Shown here piece after piece: positions 27,320-43,389 of a DNA stretch of 64,000 nucleotides. Position 1 is the stretch's first letter. Each line of letters begins with the position of its first letter. This DNA is from Chrysomallon squamiferum (Eukaryota; Animalia; Mollusca). A model generated the notes under the pieces. It saw only the letters and a program-made list of their open reading frames with translations. It was not told where the DNA came from and did no database searches. A program made the position numbers and the translations under genes. The DNA is taken from NCBI GenBank assembly GCA_012295275.1, contig CM022673.1:20708001-20772000 (forward strand), written 5' to 3'.

Positions 27320-28151
27320 GATTGTGTCTCCTTCTCTGTCTCTATATATTTCTCCAGTCTCTCTTTTCATTTCGTCTGTCTGTCAAGGTTGTCTCTGTGT
27401 GTTACTCTCTCGGAGTCGCTACAACTACTTTACCATTCATTTCTGTTCTAACAACGTTCAGGGCCTTTACGACAGCAAAAACAACAACACATCATGATTA
27501 TCAATAACAACAGTAATAATAAAAGAACTATTACTAAATCATCATCTCAACAACAACGACAGTAAAAATAACTATGATAATAACAACAACAACAACACCT
27601 ACAACAACAGAAATAACGAAGATATTAATGACAGTGATAAAAAAAAAAAAAATAATAAAAAAAAAACGAAAGGCGATAAGGTTTGAAATGCCTAATTGTT
27701 GGCCTACAGGAAGATGCAATCAGTCTACGAAGAATGAGTGACGCGTGTTTTGTTGCAAACTGGTCATGGAGGACACTTGCCTATTGTTGTGTTTTCTCGG
27801 TGTTCATTTATTTGTTAAATTTGATCTATCGACATCGGCCTCCAGTCAGCGCATACGACGACGTCTCGGGTAAAGTCATTCATGTGGAAATGCATTTCAC
27901 ATATTGATTTTCATTTGTTATTGTCAGACTGCGTCAAAGGCTGTTGAATTTTCGTCTTTGATTTTTTGATATAGGTAGTTAATATAGTTTGTGTTTTTAT
28001 GTAAAAAATAATAATAATAATAATAATAATAATAAGATAATAATAAGATAATGATGATGATGATGGAGTAATATTAATCTATAAGGACCATCAGGATTAT
28101 AAGCGGTTTAAACAAGAGCAGAAATTATTACTGCAAAGCTAGTTATAATTA

Positions 28152-28190
<39 letters not shown>

Positions 28191-28968
28191 ATAGCAAACT
28201 AACAAATTCGAATATTTTTTGGATTGTTTGGAGATTTGAACATGTTTGTATTCATTATTAAGACATTTCAAAATAACACACTAACTGAGCACCATGGGTA
28301 TAATTTCTACTAAGTAGCTTTCTACAGTTATAATAACATGTTATGTTTTACCAGTTAATTAATTAATTATAGAGATGTAGCTATTTTTTTTATTATTATT
28401 AATTTCTAATTCTTATTACTTTACGGGGATTTTTTTTTTTTTTTTTTGTTGGCTTTTTTTTAATATAATTTAAAATATTATTCACCAATTAGAGTAAACA
28501 AAATAATATTTAAAGAAGGGTTTTTTTTGTAACCTAATTTGTTTGATCTTGTTCTGAAATGTTTTTCCTCTAAACTGTTCCCAAAAAATTTCTTTTAAGC
28601 AGTTTTGAAAAATAAGATAACATCTTCTATTTAATGTTGTTTAATGACCGTATACAAAGTTTAAAAAAATTATAAAAATATAAAAAAATGAAAAGAATAT
28701 AAGACTGAAAAACTGGATTATAATGAAAATGGGATGTGATTTGAATTCCTTAGCTCCTGTGAATGGTGACTATGAAGAAAATGTCGATATTTCCTCACTG
28801 TGGGTTTCTTGGTGGAAAACTCAGAGGCTGTCTGACAAGCGTGTGTAGAGTTAAAGTTGAAATCTTTAGGTGGTCGTGAAGGGCGTAAATTAAATAATGT
28901 GAACACTCTGTGTGGTAATTATTTCCCTTTGTTTTTATTAGTGTATGTACGAACTCTGTTCATTTAGT

Positions 28969-29021
<53 letters not shown>

Positions 29022-29669
29022 CGGTGATGATATTGATGACGATGATGCCGTTATGGTCACCACGACATGCCGAATGAAAGGCAACTTCCTCAACAACAAC
29101 AACAACAATTATAATAAAATATTTTAAACACTTTTAAAAAAGTAACAGAATAAACGTAATTAAAAAATAACAAGTATAAATATCGTTATAGAATTAATCA
29201 CAGATATAATGATGGTAACGACGGAGATGATTATGATGATGATGATGATGACCTTTGTGTTGATGGTGTGGACGTTGTTGCTATAACGGTATGGATGATG
29301 ACTGATGATAATAATAATGTTTCTTTATTGGTGATATTTTACAGAATATTCTCCAGGGTTTATAATTGTTTATAACCTTCCTAGGCTTAGTTCTTTTGAT
29401 ATTGTTCATGGCATTTTAAAATAAACTTTTGAAGTCAAATTTCTTGTCCTTCTTACTCACACCATTTCTCTTATCTGAATGCTTTTGTTGTTGTTCTTTT
29501 TTCTTCACAATTTTTTATTTTCGTTATGTTTTTATTTTTTAATTAAGACTAATCAAACTGTTTACATTTTACACTTTTGGGGGATAATTCCTGTCTTCAG
29601 TAAACTTTTCTAAGTACAGATGATAGATACTTCTCTCAAACACTCCTCTAGGTTGTGTCACAATCTTTC

Positions 29670-29724
<55 letters not shown>

Positions 29725-31906
29725 TTATTTTTATTTATTTATTTATTTATTATTTTTATTTATTTATTTATTTATTTATTATTTTTATTTATTTATTTAT
29801 TTATTTATTATTTTTATTTATTTATTTATTAATTTTGCTACATTTTGTTCTGTATCAATTAACGCATTCTGGAAAAAAAAAAAAAAAAGGAACCCCATAT
29901 GCAAAATCAAATATTTAATAAATATTTAGTTCTGTTTCAAGAATTTATTTCTCAGATATGCGTATGCCTGTATGTTTATATCTATCACTTTTTTGTTATT
30001 ACTTTTTGAACTTAAGAAACACTTTCTCTGAAGGGACTTACATATTTTTATTCATATCTTTTGTTAATATATATATATATATATACACATACAATCACGG
30101 TATTGTGGTGTAAGTTATGATATCAAGAAATATTTCTATATTTTGTGGCACTGACGGAATAGCATTTACTTCGATGAGTTATCTGTTATTTATGTAAAAT
30201 GTATATTTATTTGTTGTGATCTGCTACTGTCAGTGAGTTTCAGAAACAAAACATGTCGAGTTGCGCGATGCATCTCGCCATGGTATCGCCGCAAATCGCC
30301 ATTCTCACCTTCGCTGGATAAAACTGATATCTTAAGACAGTAACCAGTTATTCCTTAGATGTAAAAACAACTGCATTATTCTGAAACAACATAGCAGAAA
30401 AAATCCCACTAATAACAGACGCAGAAAGAATTTTTAAATTTTAGAAAAGAAACGAACAAAAGCAAATACAAAAAAAACAGACAATACATCAGAATAAAGG
30501 ATGGTAACAACAGTATTAGGCTCAACAACAAAAACAAAAATATATTCAAACCAGTGCTGCAGTAATCATTTTAAAGAACTGCGAGTAGGCGAACAGTTAG
30601 TTCTAAGATGAAGGACATATTTTAAATGAACTCGATACGACGCGTAAAAATCAAAGCGACGTACAGCTGAGTAAAGCCCATTAACATCATCTAACTACCT
30701 GACAGAATCTGTCTTAATAACAACATTCGCTAATAACACCTCTGTGCTCGCCTTTTTGAAAATAACCACAGTGATTGCCTACCTCCAGTCCACTGACATA
30801 ACAATTACTAGAGGAGCGTCTTGAGAAGAAAAAACTCAAAATGTTGACAACGTTTTAAAGGAATTATTGGTGTCAAGTACGAATATGCCTTTAAAACATC
30901 ATTAGAATAATGCGTATATGCTGTTCCAGTATGTATATGTATGTGTATATGTATATGTATATGTATATGTATAATTTGTGTGTGTGTGTGGGTGTGTGTG
31001 TGTGTGTGGGCATATGTATGTGTATATATATATAAATGTGGATTTTTAGATTAAAAGTATACAGATGATTATGATGATGGTATTGGTGGCGATAGTCACG
31101 ATCATAATGATTATGATACTGATAAGGATGATTCTGATAATGATGATAATAATAAAGAGGAGGAGGAGGAGGAGGATTTTAATAATAATAAAGAAAAGGC
31201 TTACGTTCACGCACGTTTTATTGAAAAATGTAACTGGGTAACCTGTCCAAAGCAGTGTTAATGTTAACACCAACCCACACATACGCACACCTTCAAGATA
31301 ACTGCACATAATGCACACAGTTATTCCGCAGTGTGCTCACTGACATACGGGAACAGTAATTGTCATATTACTAATGGAAACGGTCGCCACCTGAAGAGTT
31401 CTGTCGTCAAATACCTTTTACTGGACTGTCACCCAACTTGCTGAACCTTTAAAATCGGTGCTGTGCTTTCTCGCCTAGTGAAATGAGTTTCAAATCAATG
31501 CAAAATCATTGCATGTACCCCGTTACAACGCAGTCATCGATTTTAACACTGTAGAACTTTTTTTTTTTTTTTTTTTTTTTTTGGCCTTCTCAGTATTGAG
31601 TGGAAAATAGAAATAGTAAGAAAAAAAAATGTGTGACGGGAGTTCTGAATTTCGACGTGTGCGAATCAGTGTGAGTTTGTTTCAAATTACTCGCGTGATT
31701 CAATCAATTGCAATCATTTCAGTGCTGTAATTAGAATGATTATTGAAAAACACCATCAACGATGTACGTGTAATTATATTTTCAATATTACTAATGGAGC
31801 CATGTGAATAAAACAAAATTCAGCATTAAATCATTGCATTTTAAACTAAGGATGTTGTTTTAAAACATATTTCCGTCTTAATGAAAACAACTTGCATAAA
31901 AAATAA

Positions 31907-31954
<48 letters not shown>

Positions 31955-32187
31955 TAAAATAATAAATTATACAAAAACTCGTGCTAAATGACAGATAGCC
32001 AGATGCAGCTGGATCCATCCATCCATCCATCCATCCATCCATCCATCCATCCACACACACACATACATACATACATACATACATACACACATACATATAT
32101 ACATACATACACACATACATACATACATACATACATACATACATACATACATACATACATACATACATACATACATACATACATACA

Positions 32188-32221
<34 letters not shown>

Positions 32222-33977
32222 AATGTTTTGGTCCTCGTTAAGAGAACTACGCAAATCACCTATCCGTATAAGTTAATTATTTATAATTTCTACTTTTAAT
32301 AAACAAAATTCTTTAAAAATTCTGATAAATAAAACTAATAAAAGCGAAATCTGAACCAAATTTTACAAGAGATTAAATAAGTTTTAATTACGGTTACTAA
32401 GAAGGATTTTTTCCGTTTTACAACCTGATCAGTTTAATGTTTATTTGCTGACAGATTTGTACTGTCAGTCGTAAAGTACACAGCAGAGTTTATGTGATTT
32501 GTGTAGTTATTATCATCATCTATATCAGTAAAGAAAACAGTGAAGAAAGTAATAATATCTGTAAATATAGTAGTAGAGGTAGTAATGATAATAATAATAA
32601 GAAGAACAAGAACAAGAACAAGAAACAAAACTGTACACTGTGTTAGAAGAACAACAGTAATGATGATGATGATATAATTTTCATATCAGTTATGATTAAC
32701 AAAACTAAAAACTGTGTTTCTTTTGGTTTGGTTGAAAGAAAAAAAAAAGAAGAAGAAGGAAAAAAAGATCTTGTAAATGATAACAGTAAGATAACATTCG
32801 TTTAGTTACATGTGCATGAAACAATTATATTCACGCATCAGTGAAGACTGATCGTTCAAGCATAAACATGAAAGGGATCTCGGATTTGTGAAATCTGTAG
32901 GATTTTCTTTGGTAATTACCTAACTTTGATCAAAGGTAGCCATGTTTGGTGCGCCTCGATTCCTAAACTTGATGATAATCATATGCTTATCAGACTGGAA
33001 TCGTAACGTTAACGTCTTTCTGTGTTCACCAGCGATTCGTTTTATACCAAATACTGCTTATTAAAGAAAACGTTTATAATGATAAGCATTATTAACATAT
33101 ATACATAGGAGATGGATTTTCAAAAGTATTCCTTTTCTAAACATCGTGGACTAAAACATTTCTTTGGTTAAAAGATCATTAGACTGTATATTCTTCACTC
33201 ATTAGGGTTACGTTTCAAGGATTTATTATTATTATTTTCTTATATTTCCAGTAAATCTGTTGTTTTCTGATGATAATGAAAAAAAGAACAGAAGGGAAGA
33301 CAAGCGGAGATATCAAGAAAGAGAGAAGAAAAAAAAAAGTAAAGATATTAGAAATAACTCAAATTAATACTGAATATTTTCAGGTGTCAAAAATGACTTC
33401 TGTACATGATTTAATCGAGCAAGCCGAGTGTCGCCAAAACACTATTTGATACGGTTATATCTTTATCACTCGCCTTTCACCGCTTCCTTACAAGTGTATC
33501 ACGTTATGACATTTCCATTCTGAACCCGACATTTGTAAGCAACTGTATTCCTCTAAATGAGAAAACACCTCAGAACAATGAAAGACGTATCAGTTAACGT
33601 CCTCGGTGGATAAGTTACTCGACGTAATCTACGTTAACTAGCATTGATAGGATTTTTATTTTATAAAAAGCAACAAATACATTCTGAAGTGGCTACATTT
33701 ACAGCCGCCAGATGACTAAATCATCCAAAACGAATTTAATGAAATCTGAAGGTCCATTCAAGTGGAAAAAACCTGATATTATTTTCTTTACGGCAGACAT
33801 TTTATCGATCCTACAAGAACAATTTTGAAGAGTAATGAACTAAATTATTTTTCTCTCACTCATATGCAATATTATATTGTAAACGCTTGAACTATTATTT
33901 AAATTTTTAAATAATGGTATTTTCTTGGACAAATGCGATCTTCGTTTTTTTCCTTACTTATATTTCTTTTTTAATTT

Positions 33978-34015
<38 letters not shown>

Positions 34016-34129
34016 TATCTTTGTGTATGTCTTTCTCTATGTATGTATATATGCATGTATAAATATGTATAAATAATATGTATTGGTGTATGAATGTATA
34101 TATAAGATATTGGTTTTATCCTCCGAAAG

Positions 34130-34197
34130 TCAGAATGCCAAATGGAACCGGCTCTCCTGATCTGCAGTCGCCACTAAACCCGCTAGGATAAACCTGA
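34130..34197 (-). pseudogene. Decayed tRNA-Cys(GCA)-like sequence or tRNA-derived SINE head
   Basis: Minus strand reads TCAGGTT...GACTGCAGATCAGGAGA-GCCGG-TTCCAT-TTGGC-ATTCTGA. Anticodon loop CTGCAGA as in eukaryotic tRNA-Cys; T-stem pairs fully (two G-U) and the acceptor stem pairs at 6 of 7. The D-arm, anticodon stem and 6-nt T-loop are damaged. Confidence 0.5.
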
Positions 34198-34945
34198 AAC
34201 CTTGTCAGTAACCAATTATTTGTTTTTTGTTTTTTGTCCTAAATAACAAAAATAATTAAATGAAATTAACTGCTTTATTTCTCAAATCATCTCTGATGAA
34301 AGAGAGTGTTTGTTTCTGTGTTTGTGGGCGTATCTGTGTGTGGCTGTTTTGGGGTTTAGATGTATTTATATACATGTTTATTTGTGGAAATATGTTTCTG
34401 AAATCACACGCAAAGCCTTGTGTAGTAATCGCAGTCAGTGAGTACGTTTTTACTGTGTTCACGTTTTATATTCAAACTAAAACTGGGCTTTAGACGTTCT
34501 TACTGTAATCACCTAATAACTGCCATTAGCCACAGTCGGGTGTGTAGCTACTCTTATCATAGTCTGTTGTTCATTTATCTTTTTATTATTATTACTGTTG
34601 TCGTTGTGTTGTTGTTGCTGTTGTTTTTGTTGTTATTTGTTGTTGTTATTTGTTATTATTATTATTATTAAATGAATTAATTTAATATTTTGTTTTTATT
34701 TGTAGGATATAAATGTCTCTTATTTTAAACAAATGTTTACGTAAGTGGTAGTAGTTTATTAAAAACAAACACAAAAACATTGATCAAAGAAAAGAAAAGA
34801 TTTTAATTTTTATGAATTAGCAAAAGGAAGCGAAACAGAAATCGAGGAAAGAAAGAAATCAAACGAAACGGAAACTAAAGGAAAAAAATGAATTAGATTT
34901 CCTGAAATTAACGATTTAACAAAAGTACGCAAAAAAAAAAAAAAA

Positions 34946-35043
<98 letters not shown>

Positions 35044-36753
35044 AACAGATGTGAAAAAAACAAAATTTCAGAACTTTAACGATTTTACAAAAGTAAAGAG
35101 AAATAGAAGAAAGATTTTGTAAAAGTTAAAAAATATCAAAGAAAGAAAGGATTAAAGAACGAATTTACATTTTTACACGACACATTTTATATCAGTACAG
35201 TACCTGTTTTTGAAAGTATATTGCATTTAAATATTTTTTTTTGAACACGTAAAAACAAAACAATAACAATAACTGAGGAAAACATCAACAAAAAACCCCA
35301 CAAAAAACAAATAATAAATAAAATAAAAGGAAATTAGATTCTTCTGTTTCTTATTAAATATTTGTCGTGTGCGTTAATTACATTTATTTGCCTCATAATA
35401 CAGCAAGATAAAAATATTCTTTTAATTCTCTTTATCTTTCATCTCACATTATATACAAAATTACTTTATTAAAATTGTAATTAATAATGCCTTTGTTGTT
35501 GTTGTTCTTATATTTTTTTCTTGTTCTTCTTGTTGTTTTTCTTTATATATATAAATTTATTTTTATTTTGTTCTGTCTTACTAATTTGTTTGAATCAACA
35601 GGAAACGTTACAAGTGAGAGGTTGACATTTCAGCTAATCAGTAGACTTCATTATATGCGGGATATCGTTAAGATTTTGTGGCTGAAATGAGAAAGATCGA
35701 GGGATCGAATTTCCTCTTCGGATCAAGACGGTTAATCACGTTCTGAACGCTGTTTCATAGTGGTAAGCAATGTCATTCATATAGCAACGTAATTAACAGT
35801 TATTTAATACAAAAAAACAACATGGTTAGTAATGTCATGAAGGATATTAATAATTATAATTAATTTTGTTCTATAAGCATGTGAAGGAAAAATGATATAA
35901 CAGGGACAAAATGATTAGTAGTATGCGTTAGAATGATCAGTTTGTAAAACAGTTTGGTTGGTACTATAGTGTATAATTTAATGTATAAAACAACACAATT
36001 AGAAATAATCTTTAATGAAAGTTTAAAAATGTCGAAAATAGCTTCCTAACGAAAACACTTACGATCTTTATCATTTCGACATTTGGATACTGTCACGAAC
36101 AAACATTATTACAGTTACATTGACAAGACGGAAATCAGAACCCTGTGAGAAAAACAGGCTAAAGATCAAGGTTTTGTTTTTTCCGAGCTGTTATTCTCTC
36201 AGATCGATATCATATGCAAAAAGATTAACCTGACTAGCTTTTTGATTTCTGGACTTACAAGCAGTTAAATAATTATAGGTGATAATGATTTTAATTCATA
36301 GCCAGAAGCCAAATGATTACAAATACTGCGTGAATTGTTGAAATGTGGGTTTGCCTGAAGTTGCACTCGGTTACCATGTGTGCTGTGTTTTATTAGGTGA
36401 TTCTTTTCTTCTTTTTCTCGGAAAAAGAAAGAAAATAACTCTTTTATTTAATTTTTTCAGTTGAGAGATCTCAAAGAAAGGGAGATAAATCTATACAACG
36501 ATTCAATCAAATAATGACGTTGAAGATGATAATGTCAATAAGAAAGATACTGATTAAGGATAATGCTAGAAATAACATTATTAATAATACATTTCACAGT
36601 AAGTAAACAAAGTCTTCCAAGTAAAGTGAACAATATCAGTTCAGCAAGCCAAGACAGACAGAGAAAGACAGACGTACCGTCAGACAGACAGACAGACAGA
36701 GAGCGAGGCATACTACATACGCATTCAGATGAATATACATTACAATCGTCTGA

Positions 36754-36794
<41 letters not shown>

Positions 36795-37968
36795 CACACA
36801 CGTCATCAACATGAAACAAACTGACGAGCAATGCCCTCTCATCTTATTACGAAAGTTTCCATCCCACGCTCATATTTAGATACAGAAACTTTGACTGACA
36901 CTTTCCCTTGTCATATCTGTCATAGCAGTTTGAATGGATTTCATAGTTCACATATGACAGCAAGGAATGTAAACGGAGAGAACTGGTTCCATTAAAATAA
37001 TTAAAGAATTTTGCGCGATGTCCTGATCCCGTTATTCTAGCTTAACGTGTGACAACACTTGTCTCTAAGCTCATTGCTAGGATTGATGTTTCTCGCTAAC
37101 AGTTGACGTTCTGGGTTTATGTGCAAAACTCTTCCTGTCAGGAGTTGATATTTGTTCCTTTTATTTAATAAAGGTGTCTGAAAGAGTTAGACGGACGTAA
37201 AGATGGAAGGAAGGAAGGAAGGAAGGAAGGAAAAGAGAAAAATAAAGAAATTAAAAAAAAAATTATTGATAAATTAAAAAAAATAATAATAAAGAGAATA
37301 TTAAATAAATAAATAAATTTAATAAAATAAAATAAAATAAAATGAAAATGAAGGATATATATATATTAAATAATATTATGTGAAGAAATAAACATAAAAT
37401 AAAACAAAACAGAAAACATAATGAAACAAAAAAAAGCAAAACAACTTAATAAATAAAATTGTGTTCTTTGTCTCTAGAAAAAACACAATAATAAATGAAT
37501 AAATGAATGAATAAATAAATTTAAAAAAAAAAAAAAAAAAAACCCACTAAATAAATAAAATAGCAATAAAATTTTTGAAATTAAACAAATGTTTGGAGTA
37601 AATGAGTCATATTTTATTTTTTATACAAGTAATGCCTGACACTAGTAAATTGACTTTTTTCCATCTGACAAATTATCCGTAAACAAAGTAGAAAACAAAA
37701 TTACAAAAGCCCCTCGCAATATTGTTTGGCTCAATCTGTTTTCTTCAGTTTATTTGTCATAACAGAAATATGGAGCCATAAAATAAAAACATTAAAATTT
37801 GGTTCATCTCTATTCCCTTCTTCTTAATATTGCAGTTACATTAATTTTAAATAAAGGAAATAATGCTACCAAATCTCAAATGACTATCAGTCTGCTTGTC
37901 TGCCTGTCTATAACAAAAAGAAATACATAAATACTACAACCTTTCACACACACACAGGCACGCCCACA

Positions 37969-38019
<51 letters not shown>

Positions 38020-39594
38020 AACACTAAAAATATTTTGGTCAGATCTGTCCGCAATATGTGATGACATTAAGACCACAGAAAAATAGCAGATATTTTAAAA
38101 TGATATTTCATTGTTGATATACTTAGATATTTATTAAGACTCAACGGTTAAAAAAAACAAACTAAAATATAACTTGGACGTTTTCAGAATATTTAAACTG
38201 TTGGGTTTTTTCGTATCATCTGAGACACTCTGCAAGTTTAACCAAAACATACGATATTGTCAGGAGAAGCTTTACCGAATCGCCTGTTCTTCTAATATGC
38301 TCACTTGCAGAGGTTTCCTGCCTAAACAGCAATAGATATGAATTATTTACAGCTAATTAGTATGCTCGTTATTTAATGCAGACAGTGTCAAAGGATCAAA
38401 CTTCACTGTGCAAGTGATCACCAGGTCCATGCGTGCACACAGAGGCACGGAGAACAGGCGATAAGAGCTTCCTGTTTGGTTTCCTTTATAAAAACATTAT
38501 TGTTGTTGATGTTGTTATTATTGTTGCTGCTGCTGTTATTGTTGATGATGTATTTGTTGTAGTTTCACCTTTCTTGCAAACTGAATCCAACCCTATTGTT
38601 TTATAAAACAGAAAACAAATTCTGATATTATTTATTTGTAAATGACACTTATTTCTTATAGTTATTTCGAAATTTTATTATTGTTGTTGTTTTTGTTGCT
38701 GCTGCTGCTATTGTCAAATAAACATTTTCTTAAAAGAGAGATATAAAAATCATGAAATGAAAAAGAAATAAAAATGAATATTGGACATTTTGCATTCAGT
38801 TTTTCAGATAAAACGTTTTTGATATTGTTACAAATTGCAGAAAGAAAACTGGGATACAATTCTCTTTAAGATGAATTAACACAGTGCGACTTCTCATAAC
38901 GATCTCTGGAGTACGATTTGAATTTTCGAGATGCTGTGATTATCTGCGGAAAATACTTTTTCGTAATGGGAAATTGTTTGCCATCAATGAACATTTTTTT
39001 ATCATTAAACTAATTCAGTATATGACCACATTTGGTGAGGAGATACTAACATGAATGTATGGTACAAAATATGACTTAATTTTATTAACTATTGGACAAA
39101 TTATGTAGGTTAGTAGGTTAGTAGGTCAGTCTTTTCCTGTAGTCCAATAGGATCTATAATTTATATATCAAATGTTTATTTTTTATTTTCCTATTCAGAA
39201 CAAAACAAAACGATATATTTATTTGATCACTTCCAAGTTACTATAGACAGATATAGACTTCCTTGTTTGTTTACTAAATAAACGACGAAAACAAAATGTT
39301 AACTGAAAACTGCGCTGTGTGAATGCATCTTAACTGGGTTATTAGTACAGCTGAACACGGTCACGTGTTATTCACATGTATCTGATTCTTAAAGAAGTGT
39401 AAATCAAATGACCACTGGTCTGTAGATCACGTTTATTCTGTAAGATAATGGCGTCTTGTTATTTATGTGAAGTGTGGAAAACGACGTTAATTGCATCGTC
39501 AGTAATTTTATACTGCATGGACTATTATTTATTCTGCATTTTTACCTCTAGTAGGGTGAACATTTGCCATTAGTGTCCGACCGATTTTTATGTA

Positions 39595-39634
<40 letters not shown>

Positions 39635-40158
39635 TGTGTGTGTAGATATATATATTAATGCATGCGCGCACGTGCACACACAGACATATGTATAAAAAAT
39701 ATTGTTTTTCTCAAATATGTGGATCGAAAAAATGACGTTCTCAGTTTTCCTATGTTTCAGAATATACTAGAGTTTAAAGAAAGAAGATATCTTTAACAGT
39801 TCCTAGAAATGCCATTCTTACATCTAGCGAAGGTTCCAGAATGTCTGTACTGGACAGCCTACCAAACATCGTAGATTATTCTTCCGAGACACTGTTAGTG
39901 TTAGAATGTTAGATGAAGAGCAATAGGAAAAAAAGAGTGTACTTGTCTGATATATTCTTAATTTCTTATGTGTAACAGACGATACCATGACTGTAGGCGA
40001 GCCAGAATTTTGTCAGTCATAAAACAGTAGATTCACAATAATTTAATGACGATGATCTGTTTTTCTTTCTTATTTTTTTGGTCTTTTTTCGTTTAATTGT
40101 TTGATTATTGTTTTACATGTATACTTAGAGAAACGTTTTACAAGCAAATACGATATGA

Positions 40159-40193
<35 letters not shown>

Positions 40194-40247
40194 GGTATGT
40201 ATGTGTATATGTAAACAGATATGCTTTATCTATACAAAAAAAATAAA

Positions 40248-40331
<84 letters not shown>

Positions 40332-41315
40332 ATATAAATAAATAAATAAATCGATACTATTAGTTTTATTTTTGTCAAACGTTCTCATGCCATATTTATC
40401 TTACTTACTGTTTATGCTGCTTAAAACATGTAAAAATAAAACTTAAGAAATAAATTATGAATACAGGGATAGACTCTGTGTCTTTGATCAGTACCACGTA
40501 CGGATATCCTGCAGGACATCTACTGGAGAAAAAGATCTAGACTTTCCTCTCTGAAACTCAGTGCTTTGTTTGATATAAAATATCAGTGTTCATTACGTAT
40601 TATCTATATAACACATAAAAAAATTGTTATCTGCATATTTTATATAAAATAATGTTTATTTATGATCTTTAATAATAATAATAATAAGAAGAAGAAAAAG
40701 AAGAAGACGAAGAAGAAGATCTACAAAAAAAAAAAAAAAAAAAACACAACACAAAAACAAAAACAAACAACAATAAAACAGAGATATCATGCTTCAGACC
40801 CCCCCCCCTCTAGAATCGTCCATCGATGATAATTTTAAATGCCCCGCGTTGCCCTCTGACATTATTTGTGTCGTTCGTCTTGCGTAATTCTCGGCTGTCT
40901 GATTGGGTTATTAATGAGACAGCAGCCTACGTCATGAATTATAGAGCAAAGTAATGTATTTTCATTTCCTATGAACAACCGTCAATTGGTTTTTGTTTCC
41001 GCTGTTTTAATGAGTGTTCACCTTCGTCTTAAGACAAGCGAACATTGGTGAATGAATATGTTATTGAAACAAGTGAATGAATGAATAATTCAATGATTAA
41101 ATAACGTTCATCATATCAGTTATGGCGAAATGTAACCGACTGAAAGCGAACTCCGCTGAAGTAAATAATTAATTATTTAATTTTCCAAAAATAGGTATAA
41201 ATGTATGGTGTATATAATATGTATGTATGTACTTACCAATGCACATATTGAATTAAGTAACTACATGGATCCTTACACTTATGGAAATGTATGTCCTTTC
41301 AAGTATTTGTATTTA

Positions 41316-41374
<59 letters not shown>

Positions 41375-42836
41375 AGCTGAACCGATTATTATACCAGTAT
41401 GTTTATCTTGAAAAGTGAAGAACAGTAGAACTCTTACCGACTTTTCAGAATAATTTATTCTTAATCAGATCATATCGAGCGTTTACGCTAGATATAGCAC
41501 AAACCGTTATAAGAAGAACATACCTTGTATCTGTCGATAATATTACGCAGTATTACTTTAATTGTGTATATACGCATATTACTCAACAAGTTTTGTGCAT
41601 GGAACCAGAAAACTACGTTGGAAATCTCTTCCTTAGGATTACTGTAATGAGAAAGACTTTACGAATATCAAACTATTTCCGTGCCCATATCCAATTACCG
41701 TTCACCCAGGGGCCTGCCTCTGACCTGGGAGAGTCTGGGTCCGCCACTAAAGTGTGTTTTAATATTAATTTATTAAACAAAAGAGTGAGGCGGAAAATAA
41801 AAGTGTACATCTGAACACTTATGTAAAATGCAAAGGTCTTAAGACCAAAGCGAAGTTACTTCTGGTAGTGTTTTAATAGTATATCAGGTATATAAAATCA
41901 GTTTAATTTAACGCTCATTTAAACGACTAAATGAAAAAGAACTGCACATCCATGTATAAGGAGCAGTTGATATAAATTTATGTAAACTGTTTATTTATCC
42001 ACGTAGTAATTCTGATTTAAAGCACGTATTTTAGTTGCTGGGAAAACTTGAAGGGAGAGATGTAAAACGTTAAGCGGACAACTAGTATTTATTTACGTAT
42101 ACAACATACATTTTGTCTTTAATACTTATCTGATCAAGGAAACGCATTACTAATGTAAACTTGCCATAAGAATCCCACTTTCTTTCGATATCATAAAATA
42201 TGTCAGATTGTTTTTATTTAGAAAAATGAGGACTGTGAAGAGATTTTCAAGTCCTCGGGCTTCTTTCTTACATTAATCGTGAAAATGGATAAATTAGTTT
42301 ACTTCTACATAACTTGCTATCTTTTATCATTGTCCTCGTGAAACGATCCCGCACGTAGACTTACGTTGTAAGAGAAATCTACTGATGAAGAATTAAGCTG
42401 TCTTCGGGCAGGGATGGGTCTATTATGAAACTAAAGAAGTACAAACATAGGTCCGACATACATATCGTGTTTTGTTAAATTTGAATAAACAAGTCTTTTA
42501 ATATTTATAACAAGATTTTTTAAAATCTTAAAATCATTGTTGTTTTCCTTATTAAAATCAGTCAACGCAGTCTGTGATCACGCGATTCACGCACAACCAG
42601 CTTCAGAAGAAGAAGAAAAAAGTAATTAGCTGTTTGAACGGGAGATTAGAGGTTTGAGAGTACGCTGTAACGCGATCGGGCGTTGCTTGGCGACTGGGTG
42701 ACAGGGATGCTGCGTATTAAAGGTAACCTTCATTTCTGCTTAAAAAGTAAAATATTAAACTAATGATATCCTGAGCGTTTTAAAACTATACATATTCTTT
42801 TAACACATACATAAATATCTTATACTGTATGAAATT

Positions 42837-43058
42837 AAATTCGTTATTCAGTACAAAAATAATCATAATAATTTACAACAGGTGTCAGATATACATACAT
42901 ACATACATACATACATACATACATACATACATACACACACACATACACATAAGAACGTACGTACTTAAAGGCAGAAATTCGTTATTCAGTACAAAAATAA
43001 TCATAATAATTTACAACAGGTGTCAGATATACATACATACATACATACATACATACAT

Positions 43059-43089
<31 letters not shown>

Positions 43090-43124
43090 TACACATAAGA
43101 ACGTACGTACTTAAAGGCAGAAAT
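42837..43124. repeat. Near-perfect tandem duplication (138 and 146 bp) containing a (TACA)n/(CA)n microsatellite
   Basis: aaattcgttattcagtacaaaaataatc...aagaacgtacgtacttaaaggcag occurs twice with identical unique parts; only the microsatellite length differs. Confidence 0.9.
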
Positions 43125-43293
43125 ACAGACATGCTCTTACTAATACTTTCTAAATAATAGTTTCTAGCTGCTGTATATTGCTTAATGTTTAATCTTTACG
43201 ATTTAAAAAGTTAATATATTTTAGTCACAGTATTTGAAAACACAAGATTATTTTACTATTAGGAAAATACTGGGCTATTTGATCGCATTATTA

Positions 43294-43389
<96 letters not shown>

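Noticed and set aside
36063-36089. Frame-preserving 27-nt candidate exon (VSKCRNDKD) in intron 1
   Set aside because: Modest acceptor; such AG/GT pairs arise by chance in a 22-kb AT-rich intron, and exons 1 and 2 already join to give a typical AIA|AP cleavage.
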